NCBI GenBank assembly: GCA_035260845.1
Contig: DATFUL010000003.1
Span: 11,067 to 75,066, forward strand
Direction of reading: 5' to 3'
DNA from: Patescibacteria group bacterium
GTDB lineage: Bacteria; Patescibacteriota; Microgenomatia; UBA8517
Length of the DNA stretch: 64,000 nucleotides
Shown here: positions 1 through 8,717 of the stretch, piece by piece
How the letters are laid out: the number at the start of each line of letters is the position of its first letter
Position numbering within the stretch: the stretch's first letter is position 1
The notes under the pieces: generated by a model
Told to the model about the DNA's origin: nothing
What the model saw: the letters and a program-made list of their open reading frames with translations, nothing else
Database searches by the model: none
Translations under genes and position numbers: made by a program

Positions 1-475
1 AGTGGATACGCATAAAGGGATTAAGAGTTCTAAAAAGTCCCGCAAAAACAGTAGTTGTAATTAACCAGAAGGAAAGTCTGCCAAGAGTAATGTAAAGCTC
101 ACTTTTCGTTTTACAAAGCAGACAAAAGTCAGTAAAAATATAAAAAGGATCAAGACCAAGTCCTGCAAAATATCTAAAAAGTATAAAGGAAGTTATATGC
201 AAAAGGACCAAACTATAAATTGTAATCCCCTCCAAAACATGGAACTTAAAAATCCATCCACCAAATATTTCTGTCAATCGGCGCATAAAAGAACCCAGAA
301 TTATTTGTACAAAAAGCATCGTAAAAAGTGTTAAACCAAAAATGCGCTGCGCCAAATTGGCCAAAAAGGCAGAAGTTATGTGAATATGGCCAAAAGAAGT
401 ATTACTATAAATACTAAAAAAACCAAAAAACAAAAGAAGTATATAAACTATCCCGAAAACAAACTTGTTTTTCAT
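1..475 (-). CDS. Ferric reductase-like transmembrane protein (partial, runs off the window start)
   Basis: Hand translation from ATG at 475: MKNKFVFGIVYILLLFFGFF...QRIFGLTLFTMLFVQIILGSFM...GWIFKFHVLEGITIYSLVLLH...GRLSFWLITTTVFAGLFR...FMRIH. It has several TM helices and an H-x13-H pair typical of heme-b membrane domains. Not in the ORF track because the stop lies outside the window. Confidence 0.6.
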   Translation of the reverse strand, partial: MKNKFVFGIVYILLLFFGFFSIYSNTSFGHIHITSAFLANLAQRIFGLTLFTMLFVQIILGSFMRRLTEIFGGWIFKFHVLEGITIYSLVLLHITSFILFRYFAGLGLDPFYIFTDFCLLCKTKSELYITLGRLSFWLITTTVFAGLFRTLNPFMRIH

Positions 476-479
476 TTTG

Positions 480-553
480 TGGTCGCGGAGGGGCTCGAAC
501 CCCCGGCCTTTGCAATGTGAATGCAACGCTCTAACCAACTGAGCTACGCGACC
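480..553 (-). tRNA. tRNA-Val(CAC), CCA not encoded
   Basis: The reverse complement folds as GGTCGCG TA GCTC AGTTGGTTA GAGC G TTGCA TT-CAC-AT TGCAA AGGCC GGGGG TTCGAGC CCCTC CGCGACC A; the discriminator is followed by CAAAATG. Confidence 0.96.
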
Positions 554-572
554 CTATAGGTATTAAGTGTTA

Positions 573-601
573 ATTATATGCTTCAGCATGGCTCCAAACA
601 A
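573..601 (-). promoter_or_regulatory. Putative sigma70 promoter of tRNA-Val
   Basis: TTGTTT-17 nt-TATAAT on the minus strand, 19 nt upstream of the tRNA 5' end. Confidence 0.5.
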
Positions 602-643
602 GAATTGACACAAATAATCCCATAGGTTATTACTACTCTGGAC

Positions 644-1231
644 ATGATTACAGAAAATCAACTGACTTTTAAATTTGATACCCGATATTTACGTTTTCCA
701 GAAGAGCCAAAAAAAATAAATATTGGAGGCTTTGAGTTTTACGATTATATTTCCCCACAAGCCATGAACGCAATCATTCAAAACTTTTCTGATCATATCA
801 ACTTACGAATGTTTGATGAAGTTCTTGTAAACCAATCCGGCGGGGATCATTTTGCTAAAAATTTAGCTTATTTACAAAAATACGATCGAAAAATAATAGA
901 TATTAATTATGCCCGGGGCGGCAAAATAAAAACCCCTGTCCCCGACCATTTGAGGGATAAAAAGATAGCAATAATTGAAGATATTTTAGATGGTGGTGGA
1001 ACCGCCCAAAGAATGGTTGAAGATGCACCAAATGCAACAATTTTGTTCATGACACAAAAAATCAATGTTCCAAATCAAATGCCAATTGACCATAAATTAG
1101 TAGCATTACTGATCGATAACGTGTGGGTTGGTGGATTTGGAATGAATATTGATGACGAGGGTGATTCCCTACCTAAAGACTTTCTCCGTGACTACCCAGG
1201 CCTAGCTGCAAAAATTATTAAAAATCGATAA
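644..1231 (+). CDS. Type I phosphoribosyltransferase, HPRT-like
   Basis: PRPP-binding motif IAIIEDILDGGGT; C-terminal WVGGFGMN..LRDYP resembles the HPRT VVGYGLD..YRNLP motif. Confidence 0.7.
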   Translation: MITENQLTFKFDTRYLRFPEEPKKINIGGFEFYDYISPQAMNAIIQNFSDHINLRMFDEVLVNQSGGDHFAKNLAYLQKYDRKIIDINYARGGKIKTPVPDHLRDKKIAIIEDILDGGGTAQRMVEDAPNATILFMTQKINVPNQMPIDHKLVALLIDNVWVGGFGMNIDDEGDSLPKDFLRDYPGLAAKIIKNR

Positions 1232-1238
1232 ATACTGC

Positions 1239-1267
1239 TTGTATTTCCTACCTAAACTCAACATAAT
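1239..1267 (+). promoter_or_regulatory. Putative leaderless promoter of lepB
   Basis: TTGTAT-17 nt-CATAAT, 6 nt before the ATG at 1274. Confidence 0.55.
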
Positions 1268-1273
1268 TAAGTA

Positions 1274-1858
1274 ATGTTCAAGCGTTTGGGCACATTTTTT
1301 TTGGATATTTCAGAAGTAATCGTGTTTGCAGTTGGAATCTTCTTTTTTGTTTATCTTCTTATTATGCGTCCTCACAAAATCGATGGCGAGAGTATGATGC
1401 CCAACTTTCAAAATGCCGAATATTTATTAACAGAAAAGGTTACCTATTATCTCCATAAACCGCAAAGAGGCGATGTTGTAGTTTTAAAACCCCCGCTAAA
1501 AGTTTCTGAGGGAGACGAGTTTATAAAAAGAATAATTGCCCTCCCGGGTGAGAAAGTAAAGGTCCTTGGAGCACATGTATATATCAACGACAAACTTCTT
1601 AAGGAGCCATATATCGGAAGCGATGTGGGTACATATGGCGGTCCATTTTTAACTGAGGGGGTTGAGTTCGTGGTTCCCGATAAGACGTACTTTTTAATGG
1701 GTGATAACCGCGAACATTCATCGGACTCCAGATATTGGGGCCCGGTTCCTTTGAACCTTTCACCAAACACTGAAAAAGAAGGTATTAACGGTCGCGCCTG
1801 GTTGATTTACTATCCATTTAACAAAGTCGGAGTTACAAAGAATCCAAATTATAATTAA
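1274..1858 (+). CDS. lepB: Signal peptidase I
   Basis: One N-terminal TM helix; GESMMP (catalytic Ser), RGDVVV, FIKRIIALPGE (catalytic Lys) and MGDNREHSSDSRYWG boxes. Confidence 0.95.
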   Translation: MFKRLGTFFLDISEVIVFAVGIFFFVYLLIMRPHKIDGESMMPNFQNAEYLLTEKVTYYLHKPQRGDVVVLKPPLKVSEGDEFIKRIIALPGEKVKVLGAHVYINDKLLKEPYIGSDVGTYGGPFLTEGVEFVVPDKTYFLMGDNREHSSDSRYWGPVPLNLSPNTEKEGINGRAWLIYYPFNKVGVTKNPNYN

Positions 1859-1862
1859 ATAA

Positions 1863-2708
1863 TTACGAAGTAACTGATTTGTAAACCTTCTGAAGTTTTT
1901 CCTCGGTTTCTTCTAGCCCACCCTTAAAAACGAATACTAGTCTTGTTTCTCTTTGAGATCTAACAAGTTTCACAGCAACTTTTTTGCTTTGGCCGTTAAC
2001 TGCGTCCCCTGGAATGAAGGCCATTTGCATATCCGCCTGCATTTTATCGATTTCTTCAGAAATTATTCTAACGTGCGGCTGATCTGCCCTTTTTGCTTCC
2101 TGTTGAGATTTAACTTTCATACGTCTCGCAAGCTCTTCTGCACGTCTCACAGAGCCTGATTCCCTTAAAACTATCTTATAGGCCTCAATCATCAAAGAAG
2201 GGTCATCTATGGCTGCTAGAGCCCTTGCGTGGCCTTCGGTAATAAGTCCAGACAAAAGTCCATCTTTTAGAGCATCTGGTAAAGAAAGAAGTCTTAGGGA
2301 ATTACTTACATAAGCAACTGATTTACCAATGCGGACTGCGATTTCGCTTGTAGTAAGGCCAAACTCATTCATAAGGCGTTCAAATCCCTTGGCCCGATCT
2401 AGTGCATTAAGGTCAACTCTTTGAACGTTTTCAACAAGGGCCATTTCAAGCATACCCTTAGGGGAAGTTTCGCGGACAATTACAGGAACATGAGTTAAGC
2501 CTGCAAGCTTACTTGCTCTCCAACGTCTTTCACCTGCAATAATCTGGAATCCAGCAGGAGTTTTGGCTACAACCAAAGGCTCTAAAATTCCATGCTCACG
2601 AATTGAATCGACTAAATCGACTAAGCTTTCTGGGGTTATTGCACCACGAGGTTGGAGTGGGTTTGGCTGGAGTTGGTTTATTTCAATTTGTACTACTTCT
2701 TCGGCCAT
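1863..2708 (-). CDS. parB: ParB/Spo0J chromosome partitioning protein
   Basis: PNPLQPR, HGILEPLVV, AGERRWRA (GxxRxxA CTPase motif), ENVQRVDLN, and HTH region KSVAYVSNSLRLL..GHARAL. Confidence 0.95.
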   Translation of the reverse strand: MAEEVVQIEINQLQPNPLQPRGAITPESLVDLVDSIREHGILEPLVVAKTPAGFQIIAGERRWRASKLAGLTHVPVIVRETSPKGMLEMALVENVQRVDLNALDRAKGFERLMNEFGLTTSEIAVRIGKSVAYVSNSLRLLSLPDALKDGLLSGLITEGHARALAAIDDPSLMIEAYKIVLRESGSVRRAEELARRMKVKSQQEAKRADQPHVRIISEEIDKMQADMQMAFIPGDAVNGQSKKVAVKLVRSQRETRLVFVFKGGLEETEEKLQKVYKSVTS

Positions 2709-2711
2709 AAA

Positions 2712-2966
2712 TTAGCTTGAAACGACGCTAACCACCTTTTTACCAAGTTTTGTTCCAAATTTAACAACACCTTCAAGCATTGAATATAAAGTGTGGTCAC
2801 GTCCCGCGCGAACATTTTTACCCTTGTGAAAGGTTGTTCCACGTTGTCTTACTAAAATTGATCCAACCTTTACTTTCTCGCCTCCGGAGACCTTAACTTC
2901 CAAGCGTTTTCCGACTGGACTTACATGTTGTGAAGCTTTTCCACCTGCGGCTTTATGTGTAGACAT
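2712..2966 (-). CDS. rpmA: 50S ribosomal protein L27
   Basis: GKRLEVKVSGG, GSILVRQRGT and GRDHTLYS motifs. Start moved to ATG 2966 (MSTHKAAGG), giving 84 aa. Confidence 0.95.
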   Translation of the reverse strand: MSTHKAAGGKASQHVSPVGKRLEVKVSGGEKVKVGSILVRQRGTTFHKGKNVRAGRDHTLYSMLEGVVKFGTKLGKKVVSVVSS

Positions 2967-3003
2967 ATTTTTGTTCCGTCTACACTTGCATATGTGTAGA
3001 CAT
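2954..3003 (-). repeat. Direct duplication of the rpmA start (13 nt) with an intervening inverted copy and a 7-codon uORF
   Basis: mRNA sense: ATGTCTACACATA TGCAA GTGTAGAC GGAACAAAAAT ATGTCTACACATA. The uORF 3003-2980 reads MSTHMQV*. Confidence 0.85.
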
Positions 3004-3012
3004 CTTGGGGAC

Positions 3013-3041
3013 AATATAAATTAAATTTTCACAGCTGTCAA
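3013..3041 (-). promoter_or_regulatory. sigma70 promoter upstream of rpmA-parB
   Basis: TTGACA (3041-3036)-17 nt-TATATT (3018-3013). Confidence 0.75.
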
Positions 3042-3080
3042 GAGGTCAGAAAGATATATATTGATGCACTCTGAAGCGAA

Positions 3081-3410
3081 TTAACCAATTTTCTCTACCA
3101 TTACTCGAGTGTGCTGAGACCTAAAACCTGTATGTTTTCTGTATCTGCTTTTAGCCTTAAAATGATAAACCTCAATTTTTTCACCCATTTCCATTTCTTT
3201 AAGTACTTTAAGTGTAACTTTGGCACCTTTGACGACAGGTTTACCCACTTCTACCTTTTCTCCGTCGGCCACCAAAAGAACTTCAGGAGTAAGCTTAAGA
3301 TCGTTCATCTTATCGATTAAGAGTTCTTGTCCTTCTTGGACTTTATATTGTCTGCCTAAAATTCTAATAACAGCGTATTTTTGAGCTTTAACTTTTGCCA
3401 TATAGGCCAT
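3081..3410 (-). CDS. rplU: 50S ribosomal protein L21
   Basis: YAVIRILGRQYKVQEG, VGKPVVKGAKV, FKAKSRYRKHTGFRSQHT. The start may be 3410 or 3401. Confidence 0.95.
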   Translation of the reverse strand: MAYMAKVKAQKYAVIRILGRQYKVQEGQELLIDKMNDLKLTPEVLLVADGEKVEVGKPVVKGAKVTLKVLKEMEMGEKIEVYHFKAKSRYRKHTGFRSQHTRVMVEKIG

Positions 3411-3413
3411 ATT

Positions 3414-4445
3414 TTAACCTCGATAGGCTCCTAATGCAATCCCTAAGCCTATCATTGTAGCTAGAAGAGAAGACCCACCAGCAGAAACTAATGGGAAAGG
3501 TAGTCCCGTCACAGGAAAAATACCCATATTCATACCTGTATGTACAAAAACCTGGACTAAATAAGTGAGTAAGAATCCCGATATATATGCCCGTGCGGCA
3601 GGACTAGTTGAATTTTCCATAAATTTTGTAAGTCTAAATAAAATCACGAAGGTTGCTACCAACATCAACGAAGTGCCAATAAACCCAAGTTCTTCCCCCA
3701 CTGCTGCAAAAATAAAGTCGGTTTGTTTTTCGGGAAGGAATGATAACTGGGTTTGAATCCCCCGCCCAAGGCCGCGGCCATCAAATTTACCAGCCCCTGC
3801 AGCAATAGTTGCCTGAATACTATTATAACCAGCGCCTAGTGGGTCTGAAGTTGGTTCTAAAAATGTTAAAAGTCTAAGTTTTTGATAAGGAGCCATAATT
3901 TGCCAAAAGATAGGAATTACTACAGCAATGCCCAAAAGGCCAAATAACAAATATTTTTTATTAAAATCAGAGGCAATTAGAACTCCAAAAAAACCAACCA
4001 GTGTTAGAACTGCAACGCTCAATGATGGCTGAACAAGAATAAGGACTGTAGGAATCGCGAGCAATAAAATTGCCTTAAAAAATCTATTTATTTTTACCTT
4101 TTCTTTTGTTAAGAAACTTGCAAAAAATACCAACAGGAAGGGGCGGGCGAGTTCGGAGGGTTGAAGAGTAAATGAGCCAATGGGAATCCAACGAATAGTA
4201 CCATTTGTAACCCTGCCTATTATAAGAGTGAGAATTAGAAGAAATATTGTGATTACGTAAAAATGTGTAGAAAACAAAGAAACGATATCAAATCCAATTT
4301 GTGAGAAAAACCACAACAAAGCCAGCGAGAGAATTATATAAACAAAATATAGTGGAAATATACCAGGCGCAATCGAGTTGAGTATAAATACACTGAGTAT
4401 TAGCAAAAAACCAATAGAAATCGATAAACCTATATCCTTAAACAT
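3414..4445 (-). CDS. rodA: SEDS family protein RodA
   Basis: RWIPIGSFTLQPSE, DPLGAGYN, FLPEKQTDFIFA..GEELG, PVTGLPFPLVSAGGSS. It is the second SEDS gene and lies outside the mraY-murG core. Confidence 0.85.
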   Translation of the reverse strand: MFKDIGLSISIGFLLILSVFILNSIAPGIFPLYFVYIILSLALLWFFSQIGFDIVSLFSTHFYVITIFLLILTLIIGRVTNGTIRWIPIGSFTLQPSELARPFLLVFFASFLTKEKVKINRFFKAILLLAIPTVLILVQPSLSVAVLTLVGFFGVLIASDFNKKYLLFGLLGIAVVIPIFWQIMAPYQKLRLLTFLEPTSDPLGAGYNSIQATIAAGAGKFDGRGLGRGIQTQLSFLPEKQTDFIFAAVGEELGFIGTSLMLVATFVILFRLTKFMENSTSPAARAYISGFLLTYLVQVFVHTGMNMGIFPVTGLPFPLVSAGGSSLLATMIGLGIALGAYRG

Positions 4446-7400
4446 TAAGAGGCTTTACTAACTTTAAACTTACCGACTTTGAGACTTGATATCTGAGCTT
4501 TCTTAGTCATCCACTGAACAAGTTTTGTGTTCGTAGGCATTTCATCAATAACAACGTCTGCTCTTTGAGTAAGATTTAGACCCAATTCCTTTCGTGCATC
4601 TTGAATCTTACGTATTAGATCACGGATACTTGCCTCTTCTTCAAGTTCTTTCGTTATTTTCATATCTAATTTATTACTTTTTGATCCCCAGATTAAATTT
4701 TTGACATTTATTTCATCCTTAATTAAGTATTCAAGATTTTTAGAAACTGCTTTAAGGGTCGATGTGTATGAATTTAATGGCTGCCTAACAGGAATACTAT
4801 TTTCTTTTCTAACCGAATGGGCCGTTTCTACAAGCTCACGAACTTTCAGCATTTCTTCAACTAGATCAGTGTTTACCTTACCCAAAGATTTTGGCCAATC
4901 GGATAAATGTACCGATTCCTCTTTTGTAAGATTTTTGTACATAAATTCAGACAAGAATGGTGTAAATGGAGCCATAATCTTACTTAATGTTACTAAAACA
5001 AAGTAATTGGTCTGGTAAAAATTATTTTTGTCTTTTTCGGACTCGGAAGCTGGCCCTACTCTATCGCGCGATCTTCTTACATACCAAAGAGACAGGTCAT
5101 CAACAAACTTTTCGATTTCACCGCTTCCTGTAAAGGCGTCATATTTTTCAAGTGCATTTGTGACGACAGCTATGGTTTGGTTAAGTCTTGCTAAAATCCA
5201 TTGATCCAAAACATTTTGAGATTTGATTTTTGATTTTTGATCTTTAAGTGGTTGAAAACCGTCTAGGTTGGCGTATGTCACAAAAAAATTATAGACATTC
5301 CAAAGTTTTAGATGAAACCTGCGCCTAACTTCATCAGCAATTTTATAACCAAAAAGCATATTATCGGCAGGGTTTGCCCTAGAATACATCCAGCGCATAA
5401 CATCAGCTCCAATTATGTCTGCTCCTTCATTAAATTCAATCGAGTTCCCCCAGCTTTTGTGCATTGGGCGCCCATCTGCACCTGACAAAGTTCCATAACC
5501 CAAAACTGTTTTCATTGGATTAATATCTTCAAGAACTGTGCTCATAGCAATTAAAGAATAGAACCAGTTTTTAAATTGTCCCGGGAAGCTTTCGGTAATA
5601 AAATCTGCTGGAAACCAGTTTTGCCAAGCTTTTTTATTTGTAAGGTATAGGGGTTTTGTTTTAGTTACTTCAAAATTTGCGGCTTCGTTATTTTCACTTA
5701 TAGTTGAAAACGGCACAATTCCTGCGTCAAGCCAGGGGTTACCTACCGGCTCAATTCTGGAGGCGACGTTTCCACAATTTGAACACTTGATTTTGACTCC
5801 ATCAATTTGTGGTTTATGAGGAGTTTTACCTTTAAATTCTGCCCACCCCTTAACGGCTCTTTCTTCTAATTCTTCTTTACTTCCAATTACTTCAAAATTA
5901 CCACACTCTGTACATTCCCAAATGGGAAGAGCAAGTCCCCAATACCTGTTTTTCTTACTTATAAGCCAATCATGCATATTGTCTAACCAGTCCATCTCGC
6001 GGGCAAGCCCAAAACCAGGAATCCAATTTATTTTTGCTGCCGAATCCTTCATTCTTTGCCTTAGTGTTCGCAGGTCTTGAACTTCCTGTTGCTTTTCATC
6101 ATCCTCTGCCCAGTCAGTAACTTCTGACTTTTGATTTTTGACTTTTGATTTTAGGATTCCCTTATCCATTGCAATGTACCACTCGTCAGCTACTTTCCAG
6201 ACAAGCTCGGTTTTACATCTCCAACAAGCTGGGTACCTATGTGTGTAGTTTTCTATTTTGAAGTAAAAGTGTTTGCCTTCTGCGTCTAATTTTTTAAGGT
6301 AGTCTAAAACTACTTCTGGATGTTTTTTGGCATTAAGACCACTTAAAAATCCAAGTTCACTCATATAACTTGCGTCGTCTTCAATTACAGGAATCATTGG
6401 AAGGCCAAGTTTTTTACCCAATTTAAAGTCTTCTGTTCCAGCAGAAACTGCTGTATGCACAAGCCCTGTCCCTTCTGTAACTGTTATTGGCAAAATAAAA
6501 TTATCTGTTGCAACAACTGTATGGAACATGTCATTTTTGCCTTTTGCAACCTCTGCAACTTTTGGAAGGTCATCGAAAGCACCTGTATATCTTAAACCGA
6601 CCAACTTGGACCCTTTAACTGTCTTTAGAACTTTATGGTCCTCCTTGTCTACAACTCTGTCTTTTGAATCTTTTGCAATCCAATATTTACGCTTACCAAC
6701 TTCAACTAATGAATAATCAAGTTCTGAGTCAACCGCAACTGCAATATTTGCAGGAACTGTCCAAGGGGTAGTTGTCCAAACCAACAAATATTCTTCTGAT
6801 TGGCCAACAATCGGGAAAGCTAAATAAACAGATTGATGAGTAATTACTTTATAGTCTTCAGTTAGCATCTCGTGTTGGCTTATCGCGGTTTCACACCTTG
6901 GGCACCACGGGACCGACTCGTGACCTTTGTAAATCCAACCATTTTCAAAACAGCGCTTAAGAAATGTCCAAATCATATAATTATTGTCGTCACTTAAGGT
7001 GTAGTAAGAGTGATCCCAATCCATAAAGTTGCCCAATCTCTTAGTTTGCTCAGTTTGAATTCCTGAATATTTTTTAACACGATCCCTACAAAGTTGAACA
7101 AACTTGGCTACTCCAAATTTCTCGATATCTTTTTTGTTTGTAAATCCAAGCTCTTTTTCTACTTCTACCTCCACCCAAAGACCTTGTGCGTCGAAACCGT
7201 TTTGGAAAAGCTGGTTAAAGCCTTGCATATTCTTAAACCTCCTCCAAAGGTCTTTGTAGGTACGTCCCCAAGCATGATGAACCCCCATTGGGTTATTGGC
7301 GGTAATTGGACCATCTATAAAAGAGAAGTATTTTTTGGAGGTTTTATTGCGGTTTAGGTACTTTTTAACTACACCCTTTTTGTACCAGTCAGATAAGAGC

Positions 7401-7468
7401 TTTTTCTCAAGCTCCGGAAAATTCACATTTTGCTCTACAGGCTCAAAATAGGTCTTGTTTCTGGCCAT
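4445..7468 (-). CDS. ileS: Isoleucine-tRNA ligase, type 2 (IleRS2)
   Basis: FIDGPITAN, editing motifs WTTTPWT and GTGLVH, HRYPACWRCKT, DWLISK, WYVRRSRDR. Signature motifs are GVHH (for HIGH) and PMHKS (for KMSKS). Confidence 0.95.
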   Translation of the reverse strand: MARNKTYFEPVEQNVNFPELEKKLLSDWYKKGVVKKYLNRNKTSKKYFSFIDGPITANNPMGVHHAWGRTYKDLWRRFKNMQGFNQLFQNGFDAQGLWVEVEVEKELGFTNKKDIEKFGVAKFVQLCRDRVKKYSGIQTEQTKRLGNFMDWDHSYYTLSDDNNYMIWTFLKRCFENGWIYKGHESVPWCPRCETAISQHEMLTEDYKVITHQSVYLAFPIVGQSEEYLLVWTTTPWTVPANIAVAVDSELDYSLVEVGKRKYWIAKDSKDRVVDKEDHKVLKTVKGSKLVGLRYTGAFDDLPKVAEVAKGKNDMFHTVVATDNFILPITVTEGTGLVHTAVSAGTEDFKLGKKLGLPMIPVIEDDASYMSELGFLSGLNAKKHPEVVLDYLKKLDAEGKHFYFKIENYTHRYPACWRCKTELVWKVADEWYIAMDKGILKSKVKNQKSEVTDWAEDDEKQQEVQDLRTLRQRMKDSAAKINWIPGFGLAREMDWLDNMHDWLISKKNRYWGLALPIWECTECGNFEVIGSKEELEERAVKGWAEFKGKTPHKPQIDGVKIKCSNCGNVASRIEPVGNPWLDAGIVPFSTISENNEAANFEVTKTKPLYLTNKKAWQNWFPADFITESFPGQFKNWFYSLIAMSTVLEDINPMKTVLGYGTLSGADGRPMHKSWGNSIEFNEGADIIGADVMRWMYSRANPADNMLFGYKIADEVRRRFHLKLWNVYNFFVTYANLDGFQPLKDQKSKIKSQNVLDQWILARLNQTIAVVTNALEKYDAFTGSGEIEKFVDDLSLWYVRRSRDRVGPASESEKDKNNFYQTNYFVLVTLSKIMAPFTPFLSEFMYKNLTKEESVHLSDWPKSLGKVNTDLVEEMLKVRELVETAHSVRKENSIPVRQPLNSYTSTLKAVSKNLEYLIKDEINVKNLIWGSKSNKLDMKITKELEEEASIRDLIRKIQDARKELGLNLTQRADVVIDEMPTNTKLVQWMTKKAQISSLKVGKFKVSKAS
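5214..5248. repeat. 7-nt tandem repeat (TTTTGAT-like x5) inside ileS
   Basis: ttttgag atttgat ttttgat ttttgat ctttaag; encodes LKDQKSKIKSQN. Confidence 0.8.
6122..6156. repeat. 7-nt tandem repeat (TTTTGAY x5) inside ileS
   Basis: ttctgac ttttgat ttttgac ttttgat tttagga; encodes ILKSKVKNQKSE. Confidence 0.8.
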
Positions 7469-7503
7469 ACTGAGGCTATTGTACTACCTAAAAGTTTACG
7501 AAA

Positions 7504-8664
7504 CTAGTGGATTTTGCGAAGAAATGCCGGGATCTCAAATTTTTCACCAAAAGTATCACTATCATTGTCGTCATTTTGCTCTTCGGGGGGTTCAACCTTC
7601 CTCTCATTTTCATCACGGCTAATCACGTTAGACCTAACAGGATCACTAACAACACCCTGAACAATAGGCGGCTGGGTGGGCTGGCGCATTTGAGCAATTC
7701 TACTTCTTGTTTCATCAAAACCAGTAGCGATTACTGTAATCCTTACTTGGTCTGCCAAGTCGTCTTTAACAACAGCACCGAAAATTACATTTGCATCAGG
7801 GTCGGCGGCGCCGCTAATTATACGTGCGGCCTCGTCAACTTCAAACATAGTCAAGTCATTGCCACCTGCAATGTTAAATAAGACTCCACGTGCACCCTCT
7901 ATAGAAAGATCAAGAAGTGGTGAGGAAACTGCTGCACGGGCGGCCATTTGAGCCCTGTTTTCTCCAACTCCAGTCCCAATTCCAAGTAGAGCTGAACCTG
8001 CATCCTTCATGATGGTCTTTACGTCAGCAAAGTCGACGTTAACCAAGCCCGCGGTTGTGATTATATCTGCAATTCCACCAACTGCTTGCCCAAGAACTGA
8101 GTCAACTACCTTAAAAGCCTCAAGAAGGGTCATTTTTCTATCAATTACGTCCATCAAGCGCTGATTTGGAATAACTATTAATGTATCTGTTGCCTCTTTT
8201 AGCTTTTCTATACCATCCTCTGCTGCAACTGCACGCCTTGTTCCCTCAAAGGCAAATGGTTTGGTTACTACTCCAACGGTTAAGGCTCCGGCTTCTTTTG
8301 CTAATTTAGCAATCACTGGTGCTGATCCTGTACCAGTTCCACCACCCATTCCTGCAGTAACAAAGACCATATCTGAGTCAATTAAAAGTTCTTTAATTTT
8401 TTCAATTGACTCCTCAGCTGCCATTGTCCCTATTTCAGGATTTCCGCCAACACCAAGTCCTTTTGTTAATTTTTCACCAATTTGAAGTTTTGTGGGAGCT
8501 TTACTCTGAAGAAGTACTTGAGCATCTGTATTAATCGCGATAAATTCAACACCATTAACATTGCCGGCTTCGATCATGGAAGAAATTGCGTTTCCACCAC
8601 CACCACCCACTCCAATAACTTTTATTTTTGCTATTCTTGCTGAATCAGGTTTAACTAAAGCCAT
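7504..8664 (-). CDS. ftsZ: Cell division protein FtsZ
   Basis: [19 protein letters not shown] tubulin signature, NVDFAD, C-terminal FEIPAFLRK. Confidence 0.99.
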   Translation of the reverse strand: MALVKPDSARIAKIKVIGVGGGGGNAISSMIEAGNVNGVEFIAINTDAQVLLQSKAPTKLQIGEKLTKGLGVGGNPEIGTMAAEESIEKIKELLIDSDMVFVTAGMGGGTGTGSAPVIAKLAKEAGALTVGVVTKPFAFEGTRRAVAAEDGIEKLKEATDTLIVIPNQRLMDVIDRKMTLLEAFKVVDSVLGQAVGGIADIITTAGLVNVDFADVKTIMKDAGSALLGIGTGVGENRAQMAARAAVSSPLLDLSIEGARGVLFNIAGGNDLTMFEVDEAARIISGAADPDANVIFGAVVKDDLADQVRITVIATGFDETRSRIAQMRQPTQPPIVQGVVSDPVRSNVISRDENERKVEPPEEQNDDNDSDTFGEKFEIPAFLRKIH

Positions 8665-8717
8665 ATTAATTTATTAATTCACGCGTCGCCGCATTGTATA
8701 TTGGGCAGAGGAAAAAC

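Noticed and set aside
2967-3014. N-terminal extension of L27 (MSPRCLHICKCRRNKN) as a Prp-cleaved leader
   Set aside because: The TTG start overlaps the predicted -10 box, the peptide does not resemble the Firmicute extension, and no prp gene lies between rplU and rpmA.
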